Assembly (NCBI GenBank): GCA_963749705.1
Contig: CAVVNQ010000006.1
Coordinates: 128,001-192,000 of the forward strand
Direction of reading: 5' to 3'
Origin: an uncultured Chloroflexia bacterium
GTDB taxonomy: Bacteria; Chloroflexota; Limnocylindria; Limnocylindrales; CSP1-4
Length of the DNA stretch: 64,000 bases
Both the position numbers and the translations under genes were made by a program. The notes beneath the pieces are model-generated. The model worked only from the letters and a program-made list of their open reading frames with translations. It did no database searches and had not been told where the DNA came from. Below are positions 20,982 to 31,214 of the stretch, in pieces. Within the stretch, counting starts at the first letter, position 1, and every line of letters starts with the position of its first letter.

Positions 20982-22291
20982 GCCGCGAACGCCGCTCGGG
21001 CCGCGGCCAGCGTGTGCTCGACCTCGGTGTCGCCGTGCGCGACCGAGATGAACCAGGCCTCGAACTGCGACGGCGGGAGCAGGACGCCCTCGTCCAGCAT
21101 GGCGCCGAAGAACCGGGCATACGCGTCGCGGTCCGCGGCCAGCGCCTCGGCGGCGTTGCGCGGTGCCCCGTCACGGAAGAACACGGTGAGCAGCGACCCG
21201 ACGCGGGAGATCGCGACCTCGCGACGGGCGTCGGACGCGGCTTCGCGAAGCCCCGCCTCGAGCCTGGCGCCGGTGTCCTCGAGCCGTGCGTAGGCGGCGG
21301 GGGTCAGCAGGTCCAGGGTCGCGACGCCGGCGGCCATCGACAGCGGGTGCCCGCTCAGCGTGCCCGCCTGGTACACCGGACCCTCGGGGGCGATGTGGGC
21401 CATCAGGTCGGCCCGGCCGCCGTAGGCGCCGATGGGCATGCCACCACCGATGATCTTGCCCAGCGTGGTCAGGTCGGGCCTGATCCCGAACCGCTCCTGG
21501 GCACCGCCCCGGGCCATGCGGAACCCGGTGATCACCTCGTCGAAGATGAGCAGCGCGCCATTGGCGGTGGTCTGCTCGCGCAGGGCCTCGAGGAAGCCCG
21601 GTTCGGGGGCCAGGACGCCCACGTTGGCGCCGACCGGCTCGACGATGATCGCGGCGACCTGGTCCGGGTGGCTGCGGAACACCTCCGCGATCGCCGGGAT
21701 GTCGTTGTACGGGATCACGATCGTGTCCCGCGCGGCCGCGGCGGTGACCCCGGCCGAGCCCGGCATGGCGAGCGTGGCCAGCCCGGACCCCGCCTCGACG
21801 AGCAGGCTGTCGCCGTGGCCGTGGTAGCCACCCGCGAACTTGACGATGAGGTCGCGGCCGGTCGCCCCGCGCGCGAGCCGGATCGCGCTCATCACCGCCT
21901 CGGTGCCCGACGAGACGAACCGGAGCCGCTCCATCGACGGCATCGCCTCGCGGATCCGTTCGCCGAGCTGGACCTCGCGGGGTGACGTGGCGCCCAGCGC
22001 GAACCCGTCGAGCGCCGCGTCCACGACCGCCACGACGACCGATGGCTCCGCGTGACCCAGGATCCCGGGGCCCCACGAGCCGATGTAGTCGAGGTACCAG
22101 CGACCGTCCGCGTCGCGGACGCGGGGCCCCTCGCCGGCCTCGAGGACCAGCGGGGCCCGGCCGACCGAGCGGAACGCCCGGACCGGGCTGTTGACCCCGC
22201 CCGGGAACAGCGACTCGGCCCTGGCCCGCAGGTCGTCCTGGCGGCTGCCTGCGTTCGGCGAGGCCGATGGCGTCGGCGCGAAGGTCGTCAT
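20978..22291 (-). CDS. hemL: glutamate-1-semialdehyde 2,1-aminomutase
   Basis: PGGVNSPVRAF, SSGTEA, GYHGH, FDEVITGFR, GKIIGGG, YQAGTLSG. Confidence 0.96.
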   Translation of the reverse strand: MTTFAPTPSASPNAGSRQDDLRARAESLFPGGVNSPVRAFRSVGRAPLVLEAGEGPRVRDADGRWYLDYIGSWGPGILGHAEPSVVVAVVDAALDGFALGATSPREVQLGERIREAMPSMERLRFVSSGTEAVMSAIRLARGATGRDLIVKFAGGYHGHGDSLLVEAGSGLATLAMPGSAGVTAAAARDTIVIPYNDIPAIAEVFRSHPDQVAAIIVEPVGANVGVLAPEPGFLEALREQTTANGALLIFDEVITGFRMARGGAQERFGIRPDLTTLGKIIGGGMPIGAYGGRADLMAHIAPEGPVYQAGTLSGHPLSMAAGVATLDLLTPAAYARLEDTGARLEAGLREAASDARREVAISRVGSLLTVFFRDGAPRNAAEALAADRDAYARFFGAMLDEGVLLPPSQFEAWFISVAHGDTEVEHTLAAARAAFAA

Positions 22292-22293
22292 GA

Positions 22294-23335
22294 TCAGGAC
22301 TCCCGGGACCAGGCCGCGAGGTCGCCGGCGGCATAGGTGATCACGAAGCCGGCACCGGCCCGCAGGATGGCGGTCGTGCTCTCGGTCAGGGCGCGGCGCC
22401 GGTCGAGCCAGCCGCGCTGCGGCGGCCGCTTCGATCGAGGCGTACTCCCCGCTCACCTGGTACGCCCCGATCGGGACGTCGAAGCGGCGCCGCGCCTCGG
22501 CCAGGATGTCGAGCGACGGCAGCGCCGGCTTGACCAGCAGCATGTCCGCACCCTCGGCGAGGTCGATCGCCATCTCGCGCATCGACTCCCGCCCGTTGGC
22601 CGGGTCCATCTGGTAGCCGCGCCGGTCCCCGAACGACGGGGTGGATCCTGCGGCGTCACGGAACGGGCCGTAGAACGCGGACGCCGTTTTCGCGGCGTAG
22701 GCGAGGATCGCCGTGTCGTGGTGCCCGACGGCGTCCAGCCCGCGACGGATCGCGGCAACCTGGCCGTCCATCATGCCGCTGGGCGCGACGATGTCGGCAC
22801 CCGCCTCGGCCTGCGAGGCGGCGGTCCGCGCGTACAGCTCGATCGTGGCGTCGTTGTCGACCCGTCCGTCGGCGAGCAGCGGGCCGCAGTGGCCATGATC
22901 CGTGTACTCGCACAGGCACGTGTCGGCGATCAGGACCATTTCGAGGTCCGCGTCGCGGAGCTGGCGCAGCGCCTCCTGGACGATCCCGTCGGCGACCCAG
23001 CCGCCGGTGCCCACGGCGTCCTTCCCGGCCGGGAGCCCGAACAGGATCAACCCGCCGACGCCCAACGCGGCTAGCGCGCGAGCGTCACGCACGGCCTCGT
23101 CAGGGGTCACGCGCTCCACGCCGGGCATCGAGCCGACCGGATCGCGGCGTCCGTGCCCGGGCTGGACGAACAACGGCGCGACCAGCTGCCGGGGATGGAT
23201 CCGCGTCTCGCGCACGAACGCGCGCAGGGCATCTGTTCTACGCGTGCGACGCAGCCGGTGGGCAGGATCCGGGACGGCTGCGGCGCCATCGGCGGGCAGA
23301 TCGGCGACGGCCGGCCGGTCGGCGATGAGGCTCAT
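22294..23335 (-). CDS. hemB: porphobilinogen synthase (Zn-type), frameshift near 22420
   Basis: DTCLCEYTDHGHC, PSGMMDG, FYGPFRDA, YQMDP, VKPALP, AYQVSGEY; shifted frame ends RAGAGFVITY...RES*. Confidence 0.93.
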
Positions 23336-25098
23336 CGGGTTCCTCCGGGAGTGAGGCCGGTGGCGTACGCGACCGGCGGGACGAGGACAGCGGTGTGGGC
23401 GGTCAGCGGTTCGTCGCTCCCCGACACCCCGAGCGAGGCGGCGACGAACCCGGCGAGCTCGGCCGCTGCGGGCGACGGGGCGACGAGGACGGTGGTGAAG
23501 CCGAGCGAGCTCGCGGCCTCCGCGGTGGGCACGCCGATCGCCACGACCGGCGTCGCTCGCAGCCGCTCGTGCGTCTCGGGCGCCGAGGCCAGGGCGAGCA
23601 GCCCGCGCACGGTGGATCCGCTGGTGAGCACCAGGGCGTCGACCGGGCCGTCGTCGAGGGCGCCGGTGAGGAGCACCCGCGAGGCCTCCGGGCCCTCCAC
23701 GGTGCGGTAGGCGATCACCTCGGTGACCGTGGCGCCACGCGCCTCGAGGGCGTCCGGGAGCGCGGGGTCGGCGATGTCGGAGCGTGGCAGCACGACGTGG
23801 TCGCCGGCTGCGATGGGCAGCTCGCGGGCCAGCACTCGCGCACTCGCGGTCGACGGTCGGAACGCCACGCCGATCCCCGCAGCGCCGAGAACGGCGGCCG
23901 TGCCGTCGCCGATCGCACTCCATCGACGGTGGCGAGGATCGATCCCGCTCCGGATGACCGCTTCAACCGCGGCCACGGCGGCGTTGCGACTGGTGATCAC
24001 GAGCCAGTCGCCCGCCCCACCGCCGGCCAGCGCCTTGTCCAGCGCGCCGTCCGGCACGGCCGGCAGGATCTCGATGGCCGGGACGTTGACCGCGGCGACG
24101 CCCGCGTTGTCGAGCGCTGCCAGCAGCGGCTGCGCCTGGCCCGCCGCCCGGGCGACCAGCACCCGCGGAGCCCGGCGCAGCGTCACGATGCGTGCCGCGA
24201 GGCGCTCCGCCAGGGCGACGTGATCGACGGCGGGCGCCTCCCCACGGACGCGGACGACCGGGGACGGGGCGATCGGCGCATCGGGCGTCGGTGTCCATTC
24301 TCGTTCGGCAGCAGCCACCAGCCGGAGCCGCCCGCGCGAGACCGTCCCGATCGCGCCGATCGGCGACCGGCAGCCGCCGCCGGTCGCGTTGAGCAGCGCC
24401 CGCTCGGCCTCGACCGCCACCCGCGTCGCCGGGTCGTCGAGCCGCCCGACGGCCTCGATCGCACGGGCGTCGTCCGAACGCACCTGGATCGCGAGCGAGC
24501 CCTGGCCAGGAGCGGAGACGACATGGCTGGAGGGCAGGATCTCGTCGATACGGTCCGCGCGGCCGAGCCGCGTGAGGCCGGCGACCGCGAGCACCAGCGC
24601 ATCGCTGTCGCCACGATCCAGCTTGGCCAGCCGCGTGTCCACGTTCCCGTGCAGCGGGTGCATCTGCAGATCCGGGCGGAGCGCGTGGAGGAAGGCCGTG
24701 CGTCGCGGGCTGTCGGTGCCGACGCGCGCACCCTCGGACAGCGTGGCCAGGGTCGTCCCGCGGACGCGGCACACCAGCGCGTCGCGCGGATCCTCGCGCG
24801 GCGGATAGGCAGCGATCACCAGGCGCGCGTGCTCGTCCGTCGGCACGTCCTTCGCGCTGTGGACCGCGATGTCCACGGAACCGTCGAGCAGGGCGCCGAC
24901 GATCGCCCCCACGAACGCGCCCTCGCCCCACGCGGTGTCGACAGGTCGATCATCGCCCTCGGTCCGGATGATCACGAGCTCGGCCGGCACGCCGTCCTCG
25001 GCCAGCCGGGCGGCGACCCAGCGCGCCTGGACGAGCGCGAGCGGACTGCCACGGGTGCCGATGCGAAGCGGGACGGTCATCTCGGGATCCACGGGCAT
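23332..25098 (-). CDS. hemC: fused hydroxymethylbilane synthase / uroporphyrinogen-III synthase (HemC-HemD)
   Basis: IGTRGSPLA, AVHSAKD, GNVDTRL, GGGCRSP, then in frame RVLVAR, ITSRNA, IGDGTA, AYRT, LTSGS. Confidence 0.92.
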   Translation of the reverse strand: MPVDPEMTVPLRIGTRGSPLALVQARWVAARLAEDGVPAELVIIRTEGDDRPVDTAWGEGAFVGAIVGALLDGSVDIAVHSAKDVPTDEHARLVIAAYPPREDPRDALVCRVRGTTLATLSEGARVGTDSPRRTAFLHALRPDLQMHPLHGNVDTRLAKLDRGDSDALVLAVAGLTRLGRADRIDEILPSSHVVSAPGQGSLAIQVRSDDARAIEAVGRLDDPATRVAVEAERALLNATGGGCRSPIGAIGTVSRGRLRLVAAAEREWTPTPDAPIAPSPVVRVRGEAPAVDHVALAERLAARIVTLRRAPRVLVARAAGQAQPLLAALDNAGVAAVNVPAIEILPAVPDGALDKALAGGGAGDWLVITSRNAAVAAVEAVIRSGIDPRHRRWSAIGDGTAAVLGAAGIGVAFRPSTASARVLARELPIAAGDHVVLPRSDIADPALPDALEARGATVTEVIAYRTVEGPEASRVLLTGALDDGPVDALVLTSGSTVRGLLALASAPETHERLRATPVVAIGVPTAEAASSLGFTTVLVAPSPAAAELAGFVAASLGVSGSDEPLTAHTAVLVPPVAYATGLTPGGTR

Positions 25099-26317
25099 CA
25101 CAGCGAGAACAGGGCTCGGGCAGCACGTTCCAGGTCGCCGGTCGAGTCGTCGCGCAGCGTGGCCAGCGGGTCGTGCAGCAGGCCCGCCACCAGCCGATGG
25201 CTCATCTGCTCGACCAGCTCCCGCTGGTGGTCGGCGAGGTCGAGCCGACGGAACAGGCGATCCAGCTCCTCCAGCCGCCGCGTCTCCGCGCGGTCGCTCA
25301 GGGCCTGGATCGCCGGGACGCTGTTCCGCGTGGCGACCCACTGGCTGAACTTCGCCTCCGCGGCTTCCAGCACCCGCTCGAACCGCCGGCGGAGCCGCGC
25401 ACGCATCTCGTCGTGCGGGTTTCGGGCAAGGTCGTCGACCGACACGTGCCGCCCGGCGATCCTGGCGCGGAGGTCCGGGTCGAGCGCGGGCGGCGACGAC
25501 AGGTCGGCGACCGGAAGCTCGTTCGCGATGAGCGCGGAACGCGCCGCGGACGACAGCGGCCAGCGGGCACTGATCGCGACCACGACCGCGTCCACCTCCG
25601 GCAGCGGCTCATCCGATCCGAACGCCGCCGGCTCGCCGTTGACGTCATACGCCAGCGCCGCCGCTCGTTCGCTGCTGCGATTGGCGACCAGGACGTGGGC
25701 GCCCTGCCGTGACGCCGAGACGGCTGCCAGCCGGGCCATGCGTCCGGCACCGACGACGAGGACCTTGCGTCCGAGCAGCGGCCCGGTGAACGGGAGAAGG
25801 CGGTCGAGCGCAGCGTCGGCAAGCGAGCGCGGCGGACCTTCGCGCCACGAGCGCGTCTCGCGGCCAAGGTGGAGCGCGATCTGGAACAGGCGCTCGAGAG
25901 CCGGGTGCAGCCCGATGGCATGCGAGCTCGCCGAGCCGATCGGTTCGGGGCATCGTTCGGCGCCCGGAACACGACGATCGGAGAGGCACTCGCGCAGCTG
26001 GTGGAGGATCTGATCCTCGCCCACCACCACCGAATCGAGGCCCGCCGCCACCGTGAACAGGTGCCGGGCCGCGGCGGCCCCCTCGAGCCGGCGACCGCCG
26101 CGCGGCAGGGCAGGCAGGGGTGGCAACGGATGGCCATCGAGGGGTTCATCGACGACGTACAGCTCAGCGCGATGGCAGGTGCGAACGAGGATCGCGCGCG
26201 GATCATCGGCGATCGATGCGGCCGCAGCGGCGAACGCCTCGCGCTCGTCGCTCTCGACATGGCGCGCGTGGAGCACGAGGGCGACTGCAGACGCAGATCG
26301 GCGCGGGGATCGGTCAC
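25098..26317 (-). CDS. hemA: glutamyl-tRNA reductase, divergent; 5' end uncertain (possible indel near 26290)
   Basis: TCHRAELY catalytic motif, HLFTVAAGLDSVVVGEDQI, VVGAGRMA, VANRS, C-terminal LLHDP. Confidence 0.87.
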
Positions 26318-27012
26318 GAAGGGCTCCCGGGATTGGGGTTGGATGCTCGACGCGAGCGTCGGCTGGCCCCCAGCGCCGCGGGCTCCCAGCCGCGAAGGGT
26401 TGCGAGCAGCAGGTCGTCGAGCGCCGTGTTGGCGTCCGTGAACAGCCTGGAGGTAGCGTCGGCATCGAACTCGCGCCGACGGGCGATCGCGCCCAGCTCG
26501 GCGATGAACGGGCGCCGGAAGCGCAGGAACAGGTCGGCCGTCGTTGCCGACCCGAGGCCCTCGCGTCCGGCGATCCGGCCGTACTCGGTGCAGGCGTCCT
26601 CCGCATCCCTGAGGAGCTCGCGCCGGCGGCGCTCATCGGAGGTGTCGAGCGCGGCAACGAGCGCCGTCACGATGCCGCGGCCGTACTGGCGAAAGCGCTC
26701 GCGACTCTCGTCGCTGAGCTCGGCGACCCACGGGATTCGGCTGGGCGTCTCGTCGGCCGCGCGACGGTAGCCCCGTGCCATCCGGCCCGGTGTCTCGCCA
26801 AGGGCGGTGAGCGACGGTCGACCGCTCGGCTGGTCCGGCAGCAATGCCTGGAGCCCGCCTCGCGAGAAGCGGCGGTGACCGCCCGGGGTCACGAATGTCC
26901 GAACCATGCCGCCGTCACCCCAGCGGCGCACCGTGGACGGCGAGACGCCGAGCAATCGGCAGGCCTCGGTGAGCGTGACCCAGTCGGGGTCGGCGGCTGC
27001 TCGGGCTCGCAT
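26314..27012 (-). CDS. MerR/excisionase-like HTH regulator with all-alpha C-terminal domain, first gene of the hem operon
   Basis: WVTLTEACRLLGVSPSTVRRWGDGG..RTFVTPGGHRRF. Confidence 0.85.
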   Translation of the reverse strand: MRARAAADPDWVTLTEACRLLGVSPSTVRRWGDGGMVRTFVTPGGHRRFSRGGLQALLPDQPSGRPSLTALGETPGRMARGYRRAADETPSRIPWVAELSDESRERFRQYGRGIVTALVAALDTSDERRRRELLRDAEDACTEYGRIAGREGLGSATTADLFLRFRRPFIAELGAIARRREFDADATSRLFTDANTALDDLLLATLRGWEPAALGASRRSRRASNPNPGSPS

Positions 27013-27021
27013 CGGGGACGC

Positions 27022-27048
27022 AAAACCTCCCAAATCTACCAAACCTTC
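27022..27048 (-). promoter_or_regulatory. three 9-bp direct repeats overlapping the RBS of the hem regulator
   Basis: AAAACCTCC / CAAATCTAC / CAAACCTTC in an AT-rich patch. Confidence 0.55.
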
Positions 27049-27317
27049 GCGGAAATCAAAGCATAGTAGGTTTCCCTCGGGGGGGTATCGACAGGGCCGT
27101 CCGGTCCGCGTATGGCCCGCCGAAGGCACGGGTCGGCCGGGACTTCTCGCCGCTCGGTGATGAAATCGGTGGGCCACGCCGACGGCCCGGTTGGCCGCAA
27201 CGCGCTACCGTTGGCAGCCTCGGACCGCGGCCCGTAATCGCCGGTGTCGTTCGGCCCTCGGCCTCCCCGACCGGCAGGCGCACGACGTCGCTACCGGCTG
27301 CCATGCAGGAGCGTTCC

Positions 27318-27995
27318 ATGACCAGCCCCGATCCCAACAGCACGGTTCGCTACGCCGTGTGGGCCGTCTATGCACGCGTCGGGTCGCCGCCGGACGGGAC
27401 CGGTGCTGCGACCGAGCTCGAGGCGTGGGCCGCGGCACTCGCCGACGACGATGTCGTCCTCCGCGGCTGGTACGACGTCTCGGGCTTGCGCGCCGATGCC
27501 GACGTGATGCTCTGGCTCCACGGACCGAGCGCCGAATCCCTCCAGGCCGCGCTGCGCGGCTTTCGCCGGACGGCCGTCGGTGCGGCCACTGATATCGCGT
27601 TCTCGATGATGGGCACCCACCGACCGGCCGAGTTCAGCCGTGACCACGTGCCGTCGTTCATGCTCGGAACTCGTCCCCTCGGGTGGCTGTGCGTCTACCC
27701 CTTCGTCCGGTCATATGAGTGGTACCTGCTGCCCGACGACGAGCGGCGGGCGATGCTCGCCGAGCACGGCACGGCGGGCCGGGCATTTGCGCGCGTCCAG
27801 GCGAACACGGTCGCCGCCTTCGCTCTCAACGACTACGAGTGGATCCTGGCCCTCGAGTCTGACGATCTCCACGATCTCGTGGACCTCATGCGCGATCTCC
27901 GCTCCACGGGGGCGCGGCGGCATGTGCGCGAGGAGATCCCGTTCCACACCGGCCGGCGGATCGAGGCCGACGGGGTCATCGACGTCCTGCGGTGA
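27318..27995 (+). CDS. chdC: coproheme decarboxylase (ChdC/HemQ), actinobacterial type
   Basis: RGWYDVSGLRADAD.M.WLH, HRPAEF..DHVP, VYPFVRSYEWYLLP, EHG, F.L.DYEW. Confidence 0.92.
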   Translation: MTSPDPNSTVRYAVWAVYARVGSPPDGTGAATELEAWAAALADDDVVLRGWYDVSGLRADADVMLWLHGPSAESLQAALRGFRRTAVGAATDIAFSMMGTHRPAEFSRDHVPSFMLGTRPLGWLCVYPFVRSYEWYLLPDDERRAMLAEHGTAGRAFARVQANTVAAFALNDYEWILALESDDLHDLVDLMRDLRSTGARRHVREEIPFHTGRRIEADGVIDVLR

Positions 27996-28040
27996 CCAGC
28001 AACCACGACGCCATCCTCCTGGTCTCGTTCGGCGGGCCAC
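27992..28040 (+). pseudogene. remnant 5' end of an actinobacterial-type ferrochelatase
   Basis: GTG overlapping the chdC stop encodes TSNHDAILLVSFGGP, then similarity stops. Confidence 0.6.
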
Positions 28041-28066
28041 CCCCGAGTGGTCGACCCCCCGGGGCG

Positions 28067-29521
28067 CTACTCGCCCGTGTTGATCGTGATGTGCTTGACG
28101 AACGTGTAGTCCTCGAGCGCGTACTTGGAGCCGTCCTTGCCGTAGCCCGATTCCTTCACGCCGCCGTGGGGGGTCTCGGACGACAGCGTGAAGTGCTCGT
28201 TGATCCACACGGTGCCGTACTGCAGCCGACGCGCGACGCGCATCGCCTTGCCGATGCTGCCGGTGAACACCGACGACGCGAGGCCGAACTTGACGTCGTT
28301 CGCCCACTGGACGGCCTGCTCCTCGTCGGAGAACCGCTGGACCGTGACGACCGGGCCGAACACCTCGTCCTGGACGATCTCACTGCCCTGGTCCGGGTTG
28401 GCGATGACCGTGGGCTCGAAGTAGGCGCCCGGCCGATCCGGCCGGTGCCCACCAAGCACCAGCTCGGCCTTGGCCTCGAGCGCTCGATTGACCATGCCCT
28501 CGACCTTATCGGCCTGCGCCTGCGCGATGAGCGAGCCCATGTCGAGGTCGTCGGCGTCGGCGGGGTTGCCCCACTTGATCGTCTTCACCTGGTCGGCGAG
28601 CGCCGCGATGAGCGGCTCGTAGACCTTCGGCCCGGCGATCACGCGGCAGGCCGCGGTGCAGTCCTGGCCGCTGTTCCAGTAGCCGGCCGACTTGAGGATC
28701 TCGGCCGCGAGGTCGACATCGGCGTCGTCGAACACGATCACGGGCGCCTTGCCACCCAGCTCGAGATGGAGCTTCTTGACCGTGCCGGCCGCCAGCTCCG
28801 CGATGTGCTTGCCGGTCACGGTGTCGCCCGTGATCGAGACCATGCGCACCTTCGGGTGGGACACCAGGAAGTCGCCCATCGCGCCGCCCGAGCCCGCCAG
28901 GACGTTGAGCACGCCCGCCGGCAGCTGGTCCGCGATCAGCTCGGCGAACCGGAGCGCCGACAGCGGCGTCCGCGCCGACGGCTTGAGCACGACCGTGTTG
29001 CCCGTCGCGAGCGCGGGCCCGAGCTTCCAGGCCGCCATGTACAGCGGGTAGTTCCAGGGCGCGATCGAGGCCACGACGCCGATCGGGTCGCGGCGGATCA
29101 TCGAGGTGTGGCCGTCGAGGTACTCCGTGACCGCGAGCCCCTCGGGGATGCGGCAGGCGCCGGCGAAGAACCGGAACAGGTCGCTCGAGGTGGCCATCTC
29201 GTCGATGGCGGCCGCGGTCGGCTTTCCCGTCTGGCTCGACTCCAGCCGGCCGAGCTCGTCGCCGTTGGCGTCGAGGATGTCGGCGATCCTGAGCAGCGCG
29301 AGGCTGCGCGTCTGGGGCGTGGTCAGCGACCAGCTCTCGAACGCGTCCGCGGCGGCGTCGACGGCGCGGTTGACGTCCTCCAGGCCTGATGCGGGGACCG
29401 TGGCGACGACCTCGCCCGAGGCGGGGTTCTCGACATCGAGCGTCGCTCCTGAGACGGCGTCCACCCACTGGCCGCCGATGAACTGCTGGTACGACTTGAC
29501 GGGGTTGAGGGTCTCGGTCAC
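28067..29521 (-). CDS. aldehyde dehydrogenase, gamma-aminobutyraldehyde dehydrogenase-like
   Basis: APWNYP, LKPS, SITGD, LELGGKAP, NSGQDCTA, EVFGPV, GVKESGYGKD. Confidence 0.9.
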   Translation of the reverse strand: MTETLNPVKSYQQFIGGQWVDAVSGATLDVENPASGEVVATVPASGLEDVNRAVDAAADAFESWSLTTPQTRSLALLRIADILDANGDELGRLESSQTGKPTAAAIDEMATSSDLFRFFAGACRIPEGLAVTEYLDGHTSMIRRDPIGVVASIAPWNYPLYMAAWKLGPALATGNTVVLKPSARTPLSALRFAELIADQLPAGVLNVLAGSGGAMGDFLVSHPKVRMVSITGDTVTGKHIAELAAGTVKKLHLELGGKAPVIVFDDADVDLAAEILKSAGYWNSGQDCTAACRVIAGPKVYEPLIAALADQVKTIKWGNPADADDLDMGSLIAQAQADKVEGMVNRALEAKAELVLGGHRPDRPGAYFEPTVIANPDQGSEIVQDEVFGPVVTVQRFSDEEQAVQWANDVKFGLASSVFTGSIGKAMRVARRLQYGTVWINEHFTLSSETPHGGVKESGYGKDGSKYALEDYTFVKHITINTGE

Positions 29522-29639
29522 TGGAGCCTCCATCGGCACGGATGCGCGCTCGTCGCTGACGGGATGATCACCCCGGATTGTGCGCCTGCCCGCGGCGGCG
29601 TTCCACCCCGGGCCCACGTCGCGCGACGCCCCGCAACCC

Positions 29640-30953
29640 CTACCGGGTCACCGGCGCGTGCGTCGTCGCCAGCTGTTCGATCAGGTCCGCGGCGCGGGAT
29701 GTCCCGGCGGCCGCCCGCATCCGGGCGGCAATCCCCGCCATTCGATCTCGCAGCGCCGCATCGCCCAGCAGCTCGTCGATCGCCCCGGTCAGCTCCTCGT
29801 CCCGGAATCCGTACGTCGACAGCCGTCGCCCGAACCCGGTCTCGTCGACCCGCTGCGCGTTGTCGACCTGATCCCAGAACAACGGCAGCACGACCATCGG
29901 CTTGCCATGGTGGAAGCATTCGACCACGGTGTTGTTGCCACCGTGCGTGATCACGAGGTCGACCTGCGGCAGGATCGCGGGCTGGGGCAGGAAGGACTCG
30001 CCGGTCATGTTCTCGTGGAGCCGGATCTGGTCGGCCAGCGGACCCTTTGACACCACGACCCGATGCGGCGTCCGGCCCAGGACGTCGACCAGCCGCTGCA
30101 TCAGCTCCACGTCCGCCGAGCCGAGCGACCCGAGCGACAGGTAGATCAGCGCGCCGGGCCGCTCCGCGAGGTGCGCGGGCAGCGTCCAATCGCCGTCCGT
30201 CGCCCGGACCGTCGAGTCCAGCTGGTGCCACGTGGGAGCGAGCGGATTGACCCGTCGGTAGTCCGCCTCGGCCGGGTACGAGTACATGTTGAGGTACGGC
30301 GACTCGTGCATGAAGTCGGGGCCGAGCTCTCCGCTCGCCAGGCCGCCGGCGCCATGATCCCGGCAGAACGCGTCGAAGTCGGACCACAGCGGCTGGTGGG
30401 CGCGACCGTACTCGGCGAGGAACCCGGCCCAGCGCCGCGGATCGGCGGCCGGGTACCCGGACGAGAACGGCGCGATCAGCGGGTCCTTCACCTCGGCCGG
30501 GTTGCAGGACACGATCCGGACCCACGGCCGGCCGCTGGCCATCACGGCCGGGAACGAGACGACGTTGTCCTCCACGATCGCGTCCGGCGCGAGCTCGCCG
30601 ATGATCTCCTCGAGCCGCGGGTTGACGTACTTCGCCCCGTCGATCAGCGCCTGCCAGGTGGGCTGGATGAACTCGCTGATCTGCTCCAGGGTCGACTTGC
30701 GGAACACCGGGGCCGTGTCGCGGATGAAGTCGATCCAGAACTGGCCGGGAACCTCCGGCTCGGCGGGCGGCGGCCCGAGCCGCATGAGCCGCTCCTCGAA
30801 GCCCTTCGCCTCGAGATTGCCGGCGAACGACTCCTCGACGATGAACACGACCCGATGGCCGCGCGCACGCAGCACGCTCCCGATGCCGACGCAGTTGTTC
30901 GTCGGCCCGTAGGCTCCCTCGGGAAAGAACACGATCGTCCGGCCGTCTGCCAC
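29640..30953 (-). CDS. UDP-glycosyltransferase (MGT/GT1-like)
   Basis: GAYGPTNN, IYLSLGS, FLPQ..ILP..D..ITHGGNNT..E...GKPM..LPLFWDQ.DNA. Confidence 0.9.
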   Translation of the reverse strand: MADGRTIVFFPEGAYGPTNNCVGIGSVLRARGHRVVFIVEESFAGNLEAKGFEERLMRLGPPPAEPEVPGQFWIDFIRDTAPVFRKSTLEQISEFIQPTWQALIDGAKYVNPRLEEIIGELAPDAIVEDNVVSFPAVMASGRPWVRIVSCNPAEVKDPLIAPFSSGYPAADPRRWAGFLAEYGRAHQPLWSDFDAFCRDHGAGGLASGELGPDFMHESPYLNMYSYPAEADYRRVNPLAPTWHQLDSTVRATDGDWTLPAHLAERPGALIYLSLGSLGSADVELMQRLVDVLGRTPHRVVVSKGPLADQIRLHENMTGESFLPQPAILPQVDLVITHGGNNTVVECFHHGKPMVVLPLFWDQVDNAQRVDETGFGRRLSTYGFRDEELTGAIDELLGDAALRDRMAGIAARMRAAAGTSRAADLIEQLATTHAPVTR

Positions 30954-31214
30954 CCTCGCACCTCGTGCTGCTCGCGGCAATCCTGCCGCGCCGTGCGGTC
31001 GATCCAGAGGCCGATGATCGCACGGCACCGGACGTCGGTGGCGCCCGTTCCCGATCCCGCGGCCGGGGCCGAACGACCCGGCCCGGTCCGTCCTGCCGGC
31101 CCCTCCGATCCGCCGCGATGGCACGGGCACGAGGTGCGGGCAGAGGTGACACTCTCTGGACCAGCGGTGACGGACGCGTCGCCGCTGCACGCGTGCAACG
31201 GAGGACGACGACTC

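Noticed and set aside
20978-23923. 981-aa HemB-HemL fusion
   Set aside because: The HemB C-terminus continues in a shifted frame and stops at 22294, just before the hemL ATG
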